A stretch of DNA of 36,524 nucleotides. It comes from Thraustochytrium aureum. Lineage: Eukaryota. The notes under the pieces are model-generated. The model saw only the letters and a program-made list of their open reading frames with translations. It ran no database searches and had not been told where the DNA came from. Each line of letters begins with the position of its first letter. Position 1 is the first letter of the stretch. The DNA lies in NCBI GenBank assembly GCA_012862495.1, contig BLSG01000328.1, positions 1 to 36,524 on the forward strand, in the 5' to 3' direction. Shown piece by piece: positions 22,159-33,523 of the stretch. Both the position numbers and the translations under genes were made by a program.

Positions 22159-24487
22159 TCACTCGATCGTCCAGCCATCCGGCCCTGGGTCAACGTCGTT
22201 TGAGGGTCCCTCGCCGTCGTCCTGGAGGCCGCCCTGAGCCGCAGAATGGCTGTGCAGCAGAGTTCGCATAGCTGTCTCATGATGCGGCTCGCCGGCGGCG
22301 TGTGCTCGCTCCTTGCCAACTTCCACGTCGTCAGCCGGGGTGCCACCTGGGACAGCCGCGCCAAACAAAGCTCGCACGACAACCTGCACGTTGCTGGCGT
22401 TCGGAGCGGGCGCTTTGGCCGCGGTGCCAGGCGGCTTCACGCCGGCCGTTGTCGGGTCAACCAAGTACTTGAAGCAAAGCGCGCGAAAGGCCTCTGCGGC
22501 GGCTAGGTCAGCCTTGAGGGCCGCATTCTCTTCCTCCAGCAGGCGCACGCGCTGTGCTCGCTCGGCAGCACGGCGGCGCTCCAAGCGCACTTCCTCTGTC
22601 AAGTTTTGCATCGTCTTCTTGAGCTCGGCGGGGTCGGCTCCGTCCTGGCGGATGTACCTGCCAAGCAGCTCGTCGTACTTTTCGTGCGTGAGGCGGTAGC
22701 TGCCTTCCATCCGGCCCAGGGCGCCTTGCGCCGCCACGCGCTTGGCTGTCTCGATGCGCAGCCGCTCGTGCGCATGCGCGAGCCTTGCTTGACGGCCGCG
22801 AGTTCCGCGTCCACTTGCGCCAGCTTCGCCCGGCTCGCGGCGCCCTGCTCCGCCGCGGCGCATGCCTGAGTGCGGGCCTGCTTGCGCCACGTGGCGACGA
22901 GCTTGTCGGCGTTGGCCAAGCGCGCCTGGTCGTCCGCGGCGGCGGCCTGGAGTGCGAGTACCTTGCGCGAAAGAACGGCCACCTGCTTGCGGGCGTCTGC
23001 GAGCCGGCGGGCGAGGATGACCTGCTCCAAGCTCCGCCCCGGCCGCCACACCGCCTGCGTGTGGAGCGGCTTTTCTGGCACCAATTGTTGGCGCGCCTCG
23101 CAGTATCTCGTCGCAAATCGCCTCAGCACGTTGCNNNNNNNNNNNNNNNNNNNNNNNNNNNNNNNNNNNNNNNNNNNNNNNNNNNNNNNNNNNNNNNNNN
23201 NNNNNNNNNNNNNNNNNNNNNNNNNNNNNNNNNNNNNNNNNNNNNNNNNNNNNNNNNNNNNNNNNNNNNNNNNNNNNNNNNNNNNNNNNNNNNNNNNNNN
23301 NNNNNNNNNNNNNNNNNNNNNNNNNNNNNNNNNNNNNNNNNNNNNNNNNNNNNNNNNNNNNNNNNNNNNNNNNNNNNNNNNNNNNNNNNNNAGCAGGAAA
23401 GCGTCGTCTTTGGTCAACTCGCGGGGCTTGGCAGAGGATGGCCGAAATACGCCAGGGCTTGTTCGCGGCCGCTGCTCGGTCCCGCAAATGGCCATTTGCC
23501 GCCGCCCAGCGCTTTCGGTGGGCTTGGCCGTCTCGCGCGCGTCGCCGCCATTCTCATGGACTTGGTTTCGGGACCGCGATCGCGTCGGAGTCGACGGCGC
23601 CGTGCAAGGCTCCTCGCCTAGCACGTCTGGCAAAGATGCAAGGTCCTCCTCGCGCTCCCTGTAGCGACTCGGGCCCCAGCACAGGTTGGAGATGTACAAA
23701 AGCATCACCTGGTCGTTCCGCGCGTCCCGGATGTGAAACGTCGACATCGAGTAGATTGTGCAATCCAGTTTGTCCTCGCAATAGTCGGTTATGCGCGCCA
23801 CCTCGGCACGCAGACGTGCGCGCATTGCGTCTCCAACATTGGACGCGTCCTCGGCGCCCGTTTCTGGCGCGAAGGGGCCGGCGCTGTGTGCAGGTCGCCT
23901 AGACTCTGGCGCAACAGGCGCGCTCGCGTCGGCCGAGACTTTGCGCTCGCTAGAGTCGCTCGGGCTGGGCGCCGCGCTGCTTTCCCCTTGGCGCGGCTCC
24001 CGCGACTTGGCCAAGTGCAGGAAAGAGTCCCAATGCGAGACGGACTTTACTGTGAGTTCTCCGGCCGCATCGGCTACGTCGTCCGCGAGCCTGTAGTCAC
24101 TCACGTACAGGAGGTCGTCGAGAGCAGGAACGAAGGCCTGCAGGAAGAATGGGCCCTTGAAGAAGCTTGAATCGGCCAAGTCGAAGGTGTCGGCGCGAAT
24201 CTCTGCCTCGTGGCGCCCAAGGGAGCGAATGAGAGCCTTGAGGTCGCTCAAGTCGCAGATGGCGAAACGGTCCGAGGTGGCCTGGATGCACGCCGCGTCC
24301 GCGCGCCCCATCTTGTGCGCCCGCTCCTCCCACTCGGCCAAGAGGCAGAGCAAGTTGATCATCTCCCTGCCGTACCGCCGGACGCGCCAGCAGCACGTCG
24401 GCTTCACCGTCTTGGTGGGCACGCTATAGATCCACTCGGTGAACACGCCCCTCTCGTCGAACAGCGCGGTTGGCGCAACGCAGACTG
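22159..24487 (-). CDS. Hypothetical protein with C-terminal coiled coil (5'-partial; gap 23135-23391; indel near 22788)
   Basis: Open frames on both sides of the gap. Heptad-like stretches (RRLADARKQVAVLSRKVLALQ; RVRLLEEENAALKADL) join after a 1-nt shift. Confidence 0.6.
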
Positions 24488-25195
24488 NNNNNNNNNNNNN
24501 NNNNNNNNNNNNNNNNNNNNNNNNNNNNNNNNNNNNNNNNNNNNNNNNNNNNNNNNNNNNNNNNNNNNNNNNNNNNNNNNNNNNNNNNNNNNNNNNNNNN
24601 NNNNNNNNNNNNNNNNNNNNNNNNNNNNNNNNNNNNNNNNNNNNNNNNNNNNNNNNNNNNNNNNNNNNNNNNNNNNNNNNNNNNNNNNNNNNNNNNNNNN
24701 NNNNNNNNNNNNNNNNNNNNNNNNNNNNNNNNNNNNNNNNNNNNNNNNNNNNNNNNNNNNNNNNNNNNNNNNNNNNNNNNNNNNNNNNNNNNNNNNNNNN
24801 NNNNNNNNNNNNNNNNNNNNNNNNNNNNNNNNNNNNNNNNNNNNNNNNNNNNNNNNNNNNNNNNNNNNNNNNNNNNNNNNNNNNNNNNNNNNNNNNNNNN
24901 NNNNNNNNNNNNNNNNNNNNNNNNNNNNNNNNNNNNNNNNNNNNNNNNNNNNNNNNNNNNNNNNNNNNNNNNNNNNNNNNNNNNNNNNNNNNNNNNNNNN
25001 NNNNNNNNNNNNNNNNNNNNNNNNNNNNNNNNNNNNNNNNNNNNNNNNNNNNNNNNNNNNNNNNNNNNNNNNNNNNNNNNNNNNNNNNNNNNNNNNNNNN
25101 NNNNNNNNNNNNNNNNNNNNNNNNNNNNNNNNNNNNNNNNNNNNNNNNNNNNNNNNNNNNNNNNNNNNNNNNNNNNNNNNNNNNNNNNNNNNNNN

Positions 25196-25807
<612 letters not shown>

Positions 25808-26182
25808 TCAGCAGCGCCTCGCTTGCTTGCTCCGCTCCTTTCGCGCCACCTGCCGCTGCCGCTGCCGCCGCTGCTGCTGCTGCTCCTGTGCCCGCTGCCG
25901 ATCGGTGTCTGCTGCCCTGCGAGCCAGTCCGTCGCTCGCTGCTGCTGCTGCCTCGCCACCTTGCGCGCAATCGCCAAGATCCGGCTGCCATCACCAAGGT
26001 GACAGCGAACAAAGAGTCTCCAGCGAACAATGACCAGGGCGAAGCTGCGCGCGAACAGAGAGAACAGAGCGAACGACCGTCGGTCGAGCGTCTGTCCGAT
26101 CTTTGGAAGCGTGCCTTGCTCGTCGCGGGGGGGCGGAGGGATAAAAGCGGATCAAGCGTGTGTAGAAGTAGGTTTACGGTGG

Positions 26183-26772
26183 TTAAGTGCGCGAGGTCGG
26201 GTAAGGAGGGTTGGGGGTTGGGCCGACGTCGTGTTTTGGTGTGTATGTCGCAGCTGCGCGATGGAAGTCAACCTGCAGGCGGGCAGTGGTCCAGCCGAGC
26301 GCGCACTGACGACGCGCGGCTCGCCCTGGACGCTGAGTAGAACTTGCTCGAACGAACGAACTCAACCGGGCTTCGTACGCTCGAAACCAAACGGCGCGAC
26401 CCAGCTTGGCCTTCCTGCTTCGCTGCTTCTCCCCCTCAACGTCGTCGCCGCCGCCGCCGTTGCCGTTCGCGACGTTTATGTCGCTCACGAGCTCCTGAGC
26501 GAGCTGGTCCTGGGCCTGTTGGTGCTCCGCCAGTCTGCTCTCGAACTGGAAAACGAGCAGGCACGCCCTCCTGCTTAGCCCATGCTTCGCCAGATCGCGT
26601 GGGCGCCACCTTCGCCTTTTCGTCGCGGCTACTCGCGGCGTAGGTAGTCATCGATCACCTTCACGATGGCTGGCACGTGTTGGGGGTGGAGGATCATCCA
26701 ACTTGTTTGCCGCTCTCGAGCGGTAGTGTACCCGAGTAGCTCGGAAGTCGTCCGTCGCCTCGCGAGCGCCAT
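26183..26772 (-). CDS. Possible small hypothetical protein with one indel near 26641
   Basis: MALARRRTTSELLGY...VIDDYLRRE can be joined by a 1-nt shift to ...LLVFQFESRLAEHQQAQDQLAQELVSDINV.... No family recognised. Confidence 0.3.
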
Positions 26773-27052
26773 CCGCGCGATCGCTGCAACGAGCACCAAA
26801 AGTAGGAAGGCGTCAAAGCCAACAAATAATTTTTACTTGCGGCCCCCTCCACCTGAGCAACGGGAGGCTGCGTGAGCCGCCCTGTTGGGGGTTGAAATGC
26901 GGTGCGCATGTCAGCCAGAGCACGAACGGACTACGTAGATAGGTTGCCATTCTGCTCTGCGATCTGAACTCGCATCAGGACGGCCACTCGCACGGCTGCA
27001 GCTCGCTGGAAAGAAGGGCCATCTTCAAGTTGGTACCGTCTGGCGTTGTCAG

Positions 27053-28097
27053 TCACGTGTTTTTGAAGGCTATGTAGCTCGATCGAATCTTCTCCAGGAT
27101 CACAAAGATGAGCACGGTCTGCGGCGCCAGGCGAAAGTACGCCGGCCCAAAGCCCTTCCACAGGCTGAGCGGGCCCTCGCGGCGCACGGTCTGCATCAAG
27201 CAGTCGGTCATTCCGCGGTATTGGCCAGAGTGGTCCTGCTGGATGCGCGTCTTCGCCACGTCGAAGGGCGTGCTGGCCGCCGTGGCGACAAACCCGCTGA
27301 TCATGGACGAGGTCAGGTGGCACCAAATGTTGTCCTGAAAGTACCCAGACCCCAAAAGCTCCTCCTTCGCCTGCGAGTACGTGGTGAGCTGCGCCATGTT
27401 GAGAACAATGCAGCGCGAGATCGTGGGCCCCGCCCCGATCCACAGCGACGTAAAGCCCTCGGTGCGCACGATGCGAGTCACCGCCTCAAACACGTTTTGT
27501 AGTTGCGGCGCTTGGCCTCTGGCAAGGTCGAGTCTGCCGCCATGCGCACGAGCGCGAGATCGAACGGGTTGCCCACGAAGGCGCCCACTCCGCCAGCCAC
27601 CATGGAAAACCCAAGTTTTGGTACAGCGGCGGCGGGGTCCCGTCTGCGCCCTCGAACTTTTCCAGCAACGAGGTGTAGATCCCGAGTCGCGTCGTTCCGT
27701 AGGAGACTTGGCGCATCATCGAGGCGCCGAGCCCTTGGTAGAGCCCGCCGATCCCGTTGCTTGCTACAATGTTGCGGCCCATCTGCAGGCTGTTGATCTT
27801 CCGCGCCTTGGCGCCGTCCGCCGCAGGCGCGCCGCCTCCTTCCAGCTGCATCGCGTACTTGACCACGTCAACAGGGTGCGTGAAGAAGGTCGCGGTCACC
27901 GCGCTCATCGTCCCAAACAGAAACCGCAGCGAGGTCGGGATGCTCTCGTCAATAGCCTTTGGTGGCACGGCCTTCGCCGCAGAGCTTTGTTCAAAGCTGA
28001 CGATGCCACCGCCAGGCTCCATCGTCAGTCTCCGCTTGAGCACGGTGCCTCGCGACGCCGCCTCCTCCTGGGCGCCATCCACGGGCAGCGAAGCCAT
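27053..28097 (-). CDS. Mitochondrial carrier, 2-oxoglutarate/malate (SLC25A11/DTC-like); indels near 27608 and 27498
   Basis: Three PxDxxK/R motifs (HPVDVVK, NPFDLALVRM in the shifted frame, TPFDVAKTR). OGC-like YQGLGASMMRQVSYGTTRLG, RRNYK, LNMAQLTTYSQAKE and WKGFGPAYFRLAPQTV. Confidence 0.9.
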
Positions 28098-28498
28098 ATT
28101 CTATTGCCTGCCACCGTTGCTGCCGCACCGACCTTGGCCACCAGCCTTCAGACCGCGATTGTCCGTCAGTCTCGCGCTCGACGCAGCAGCCCGAAACCGC
28201 TTTGGTCCGTCACGAGTCGCGCGTGAAAAGGCCTCGCTTGCTTGCCTGTCCACCCCTCCTCCTCCTCGCACTACGTCCGTCCGTCGCGCGCCGCACTCGA
28301 CACGCGCGCACCCCTCCGCGTCACTACGCGCGCCCACGCCCCGTCCCGGCGTCCGATCTGCCCGCTCGCGGCGTCCGTCTCTCGTCACAGGCACGCGCCT
28401 GTGACGTCCTGCCAAACGCCAAACAAACTGCTAAGTTGCACCGGCAGTTGAGCTACCGTTTTTGCTTTTATTAGTGGGACATAGGTTTAAAGCGTATC

Positions 28499-28885
28499 GA
28501 GCAGCTCTTTGCTCCTCAGTGTTTTTATATGTCGTTCCTCGATTTTGTAGCTTATGATCAATTACAAGCGGCACCCGGCCTTTAACTAGAAAGAGCAGCT
28601 CTTTGCTCGTAATATTTAAAGCGCACCTGAAAAATCCATTGTTATTTCTAATGAAAAGTACCTCGAGAGGGTTACGACTCAGAGAGCAGCTCTTTGCTCT
28701 CCCGCAATTTTAAAGCGCACCTGAGAAACCCTAGCCTTATCGTCCTGAAAACCAGCTTCAGAGGCTTACGCTGTAGAGAACAGCTCTTTGCACTCCAACG
28801 TTTAAACCACACGAGACGTTCTAATTTGTTAAGACAACCGGTTTTGGTGACCTGCGTTTAAGTCTTGGAGAACAGCTCCTTGCTC
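28499..28885. repeat. Regularly spaced array of five palindromic 16-nt repeats (GAGCAGCTCTTTGCTC) with 75-78-nt spacers in a low-GC island
   Basis: Copies start at 28499, 28593 and 28684 (identical), 28778 (GAACAGCTCTTTGCAC) and 28870 (GAACAGCTCCTTGCTC). Periods are 94, 91, 94 and 92 bp. Confidence 0.93.
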
Positions 28886-28966
28886 GCCGCCGGCCGACTC
28901 GGGGCAGGCGCAGGCGGCGGTGGAGTTGTGGCGGTCGCGGGCACTCTGGCAGACTCACTCTCTCTA

Positions 28967-29059
28967 GAGCCAGCTAGTGAGCCAGCTAGTGCGCCAGGCA
29001 GGCAAGCAGGCAGGCAGGCAGGCAAGCGGGCAGGCAAGCAGGCAGGCTGGCGGGCAGGC
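28967..29059. repeat. 12-bp duplication GAGCCAGCTAGT x2 followed by an imperfect (GGCA)n microsatellite
   Basis: Direct reading. Lies between the array and ATG 29096. Confidence 0.85.
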
Positions 29060-29095
29060 CCGCGCGAGGCATCACGCGGCGCGTCCTTTGTACCG

Positions 29096-31317
29096 ATGGA
29101 GGACATCGTGGTGGCGGCCTGCAACGGCGAAACGAGCCGCGTGCAGGCGCTGCTGCTGCGCAAGGCCCAGGGCGGAACGAATGCGGGCGACAAGGACGGG
29201 AAAGCGGCTGCACTGGGAGCGCATGGCGGCGGCCAGGGCAATGGACACGCGCACGGCGGCAAGGGCGGCGGAGGGACGGCCGGGCTCGGGTCCAAGGGCG
29301 GCGGGGGCAACGCGCGACGCGCTGAGCGAAAGCTGATTCAACGGTTTGAGAGCGACGCGGCGGCCGACGTGCTCGAGGACGTCGGCGCAGAGCCCGACAC
29401 GATCAACCGCATGCGCTCGCTGGCCACGGCCACCGTGGACGGGCTGGAAATGCCCACGCAGGAGGAGCTCACGGCGCTGCTCGAGCCCGACACCTGCTCG
29501 TCGACAACCGCGCTCGCGTGCGAGGCGCTCGGGATCATGCTCGGCTGGAAAGGCAACGGGGACGGCGAGCCGGGGACCGCCACCGACGACAGCACGGTCC
29601 GTGGCAGCGACGCGTGGCGCGTGCTGCGGCAATACTTTCAGCCCTCCGCGCTGCAGCACAGCCTCGCCCAGCTCGATCGGCGCGACCCGACGCTGCTCTC
29701 GCGGCTCGCGGCGTTTGTGGCAGTGCGCGGGCTGGCCTTCTCCGTGGCGAGCGTCCGCCGCACCTGCCCGAGCGCGGCTTCGCTGTGCCGGATGGTGCAC
29801 GGCTTGGTCGCGCTCGACACCGTGATGCGCGAGCTGGACAAACAGCTGGGCGTGCGCGGGATCATGAGCGAGATCGAGCTTGTGCAGCGCCTGCTCGAGG
29901 AAGAGCGGCGCGCACCAAACTACGATCTGTTTGGGGCCTCGAGCGACGACGAGGACGTGTTGCTGGCGGAGGCCCGCTTTGAGACGCTGGTGGACACCCC
30001 GTCCGGGCGCGAGCTCGTGGGCTGGCTTGAGCACAACTCGGACGGGCTCTACGAGATGCTCCTCGCGCACGTCAAGGACAAGGTGGGGGCGCAGCAGTCC
30101 GAGCTGCGAGGGGCGATCAACCAGCTGCTGCAGCTGATGCGGCGCCTCGTGGAAAACCTGATCCAGCGCTCGACGCGGTGCGGGCCGCTCTTGCTGACAC
30201 TGGTCAAGACGCTGGCGAGCAACTTTCGCGTCGCCAACCACTCTGCGCTGAAAACGGTATTCACGGACCGCGACTACGGCACCTTTGTAGAGCGCGCCCA
30301 CCTCCTGGAGCGCGAGGTCAAGCAGCAGGACCACAAGCTCACGCAGTCGACGAGCGACCTGCTGGAGCTATACTTGCACGCCAACGAGATCAACGAGCGC
30401 TTCGGCGAGTTCCTCGAGTCGGTGGCCGAGGACCTGCGGGGCGAGGGCCAGAACGCGGCCTACGTGCACGCCGTGCACGGTCCCATCAAGGACGTGTTTC
30501 GCACCATCGAGAAGACCGCCTACGAGACGGACGAGCACAGGCGGTGGAATCCCAAGTACATCCGGGACCTCGTCCGCGGCGCGCTGGTGTTCTCAAACCC
30601 CGGCGCCATGAGCAACATGCTCATGGCGCTCGAAATCCTCGCCAGCCGTCGCGCGACCATCACCATCGTGCGCGTCAAGGACCGCTTCGGGCAGCCCACG
30701 TCGATGGGGTGGGCCGACTGCCTGCTCAACATTGTCTTCCACGACGATCCGAATCAGCACATCTGCGAGCTGCAGCTCATCCACAACAACCTGATGCTCG
30801 TCCGCACCAAGATGGGGGCCACGACGGGTACGATGTGTTTCGCACTGCGGCGGGGCTGATGGACGTGCACGGGATCCGCCTCCCGAACGAGTTTCTTCAG
30901 CCCGTGCTGTCGCGCTCCACGACCTGGGACCGAGAGCCGCTCTTGACACCCGGGTCTTTGGAAGCCCAAGAGTCAGCGGTGTCGAGCGTCTCGCTGCGCG
31001 CCATCGAGTCGCTCCTCGCAAAGTCTCTGGCGAGCGTAGAGTCCAGTCTTGCCTCGCAAATCCGCGAGCTCGAGACGCACGTGATGCGTCGCCTTGACCG
31101 CCTGGAGCATAGTGTCGCCCAGCTTTCTGTAGAGCGCAGCGGGCAGGCCTCGGGTAGCGTGGGCACCGCGGTGAGTGGCACCGGGAGCGTCAGCGGCACG
31201 AGCGTCGGCGAGCCGGCTTCGCCGCTCGGCGTGCTGTTGGGCAACGGCGTGCCGGGGGCGCCGGGGAACGCTGGGCGCCTGTCCTTGGCCACCACCCTTG
31301 ACTCGGGTTCGCCGCGC
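29096..31317 (+). CDS. Protein with RelA/SpoT-like (SAS-type) nucleotidyltransferase domain; indel near 30815; 3' end probably in gap
   Basis: HGPIK..RTIEK, IRDLVRG, IVRVKDRF, GWADCLLN and ICELQLIH follow the order of RelA/SpoT synthetase motifs. A 1-nt shift in a G-run restores MGGHDGYDVFR and a downstream coiled coil. Confidence 0.7.
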
Positions 31318-32236
31318 NNNNNNNNNNNNNNNNNNNNNNNNNNNNNNNNNNNNNNNNNNNNNNNNNNNNNNNNNNNNNNNNNNNNNNNNNNNNNNNNNNN
31401 NNNNNNNNNNNNNNNNNNNNNNNNNNNNNNNNNNNNNNNNNNNNNNNNNNNNNNNNNNNNNNNNNNNNNNNNNNNNNNNNNNNNNNNNNNNNNNNNNNNN
31501 NNNNNNNNNNNNNNNNNNNNNNNNNNNNNNNNNNNNNNNNNNNNNNNNNNNNNNNNNNNNNNNNNNNNNNNNNNNNNNNNNNNNNNNNNNNNNNNNNNNN
31601 NNNNNNNNNNNNNNNNNNNNNNNNNNNNNNNNNNNNNNNNNNNNNNNNNNNNNNNNNCTGGTTCTGCGGGCGCGTCTTCGTGTTTTGTTCTTTGCTAGAG
31701 CTGGCGCTTGACGGGAGTCTTTCGCCTGGCATCGGTGCTGTCAAGTGAGTTTCACGGGAGGCAAGCGCTTGGAGTGGGCTCTGCGCTCGTCCTCCCTTTC
31801 CTTCGCAACGCGGGACTGCCCTACTCGAGAACTTTGGAGGATCTCGCGTGGAACGTCTCGGGCATCTTGCCCAAATGCCGCCCGGCGACACCGCCTCGGA
31901 ACGGACGTCTCTGCCAAGTGGCGGTTCGGGGAGAAACAGTTGGGGGTCGAATAAGAAACAATACGTTTTCATTGTGTGTTTGTGACAGTCAGAGGCCCGT
32001 CAGCGCGCGGGCCGGTCGTCCCTCCGGTTTGTCCAGTTGTTGCGGCTGAGCTCGGCACGATCGATCGAGCACGGTGCTCACAAGCGTCGCGTCTCCCTGC
32101 TCTAGCTAGCTAGCTAGAGAGAGAGTCCGGTCCGCTCTTGGCCTCCACAACCAAGAGCCGGACTACGACCGTAAACCCCACCAATACGGGAGCGGGTGAC
32201 CCGGGCGAGCGCGCTGAGGCTCGGCCGCCAGGTCGA

Positions 32237-33523
32237 CTAGCAGTGGGTGAGGAGGAACCGAGACTCGAGCGCGTCGCGGGCCGAGACGCGGCGCGTTTGG
32301 TCGATTTCAAAGCAGTTGAACAAGAGCGCGGTAAACTCCTCCACCTCGACCTCCGAAGGCCGCGGGCGAAGCCGCTTGCACGCCATCTCCACCATCTCGG
32401 CAAGAGGGCGCGAATCCTCCACGAAGCGCACGCTGCGCGACGAGTAGGAGCTGCTCCTGCGCGAGGGCGGCCAGCGCAGCTCGCCACGAGAGTCGAAAAA
32501 GCTGCGGTTCGCGCGTCGAATGTCGGCCGGAAACGAGCCCAGGATACGCTCGATCAGCGCGAGGTGCTCGGCGTCGTCATGGGTCTCGAACAGCAGGCGG
32601 CCGAGCAGCAACTCCATAATGACGCACCCCATAGACCAGACGTCCGAGGCGTACGACCAACCCAGCTTGAGCGTGACCTCCGGCGAGCGGTACTGCCTCG
32701 TGTTGATCGTCGAGGTCGGCAGCTTTAGGCTGGACCGCTTGCTCGGCGTGGACCCGGACCCCGCCGTCTCGGCGCCGGCCCCGACTTCCGAAGGGGGCGG
32801 GGCCTTCATCTGCGTCGCGCCGCCAAAGTCGATGAGCTTGACGCGATAGGAAGGGGCCTTGTCGTCGCGCGACTCCACGCGAAACGACTCCTCAAAGAGG
32901 ATGTTTTCCAGTTTCAGGTCGGTGTGCACGATCTTGCACTCTTCGTGCAGGAACTCGAGCGCCTCGAACGTATCCTTGGCGACCGTGCCGATCTCCTGCA
33001 GCGTGAAGGGCCGGTATTTGGTCTTGCGCTGAAAGTCGTAGAGCGACATGCCGAGCTGCTCGAAGGCGAGGCAATAGTAGCTGCGCCAGTTGAAATGGTC
33101 GTACATGTGCACGATGCGCGAGGCCGTGTTGCCGTTGAAGCGCTCGAAGCGCCTTTGGATCGTCTCGAGGATCTCGGCCTCGATGCGGGCCTCGGCCACG
33201 TAGCGCGGCACGCTGCGCACGACCTTCACGGCGAGACGCCGCTTGCGCGGGTCGGAGCACTCGAGCACGTGCCCGAAGGTGCCCTCCCCGAGCGTCCGCA
33301 GCACCTTGTAGCGGCCGTCGATCGTGTCGCCCTCGCGCGACCTGTACATGCCCTCCGAGTCGTCGCGCCGCTTGCTGGACTTTTTGCTCTGCTTGGACGA
33401 GTCGGACGAGGATCGCGACCGCGTCGAGGCGGTGCTGCCGCTCGAGCCCGTCCCGTGGCGCTTCAACTTGCGGCTCTTGCCGTCGCTGCGCCGCTTGGAG
33501 CTCCGCGACGCGCTCCGGCTCTT
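32237..33523 (-). CDS. LAMMER/CLK-family dual-specificity protein kinase (N-terminus in gap)
   Basis: LGEGTFG, AVKVVR, HTDLKLEN, LIDFGGAT, TRQYRSPEV, SDVWSMG and EHLALIERILG (LAMMER motif variant). Arg/Ser-rich N-terminal region. Confidence 0.95.
   Translation of the reverse strand, partial: KSRSASRSSKRRSDGKSRKLKRHGTGSSGSTASTRSRSSSDSSKQSKKSSKRRDDSEGMYRSREGDTIDGRYKVLRTLGEGTFGHVLECSDPRKRRLAVKVVRSVPRYVAEARIEAEILETIQRRFERFNGNTASRIVHMYDHFNWRSYYCLAFEQLGMSLYDFQRKTKYRPFTLQEIGTVAKDTFEALEFLHEECKIVHTDLKLENILFEESFRVESRDDKAPSYRVKLIDFGGATQMKAPPPSEVGAGAETAGSGSTPSKRSSLKLPTSTINTRQYRSPEVTLKLGWSYASDVWSMGCVIMELLLGRLLFETHDDAEHLALIERILGSFPADIRRANRSFFDSRGELRWPPSRRSSSYSSRSVRFVEDSRPLAEMVEMACKRLRPRPSEVEVEEFTALLFNCFEIDQTRRVSARDALESRFLLTHC

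Noticed and set aside
28499..28885. Calling the array a true CRISPR
   Set aside because: The repeat is only 16 nt, spacers are long and partly homologous to each other, the context is eukaryotic and no cas genes are visible. Reported as a repeat array instead.
28499..28885. Box C/D snoRNA or tRNA cluster
   Set aside because: No RTGATGA box C on either strand and no tRNA A/B boxes or cloverleaf recognisable.
28865..29095. N-terminal extension of the RelA/SpoT-like ORF from TTG 28865
   Set aside because: Non-ATG start that runs through the last array repeat and a GGCA microsatellite. ATG 29096 is more plausible.
32101..32125. (CTAG)n/(GA)n tract downstream of the CLK kinase stop
   Set aside because: Short simple repeat with no evidence of function.
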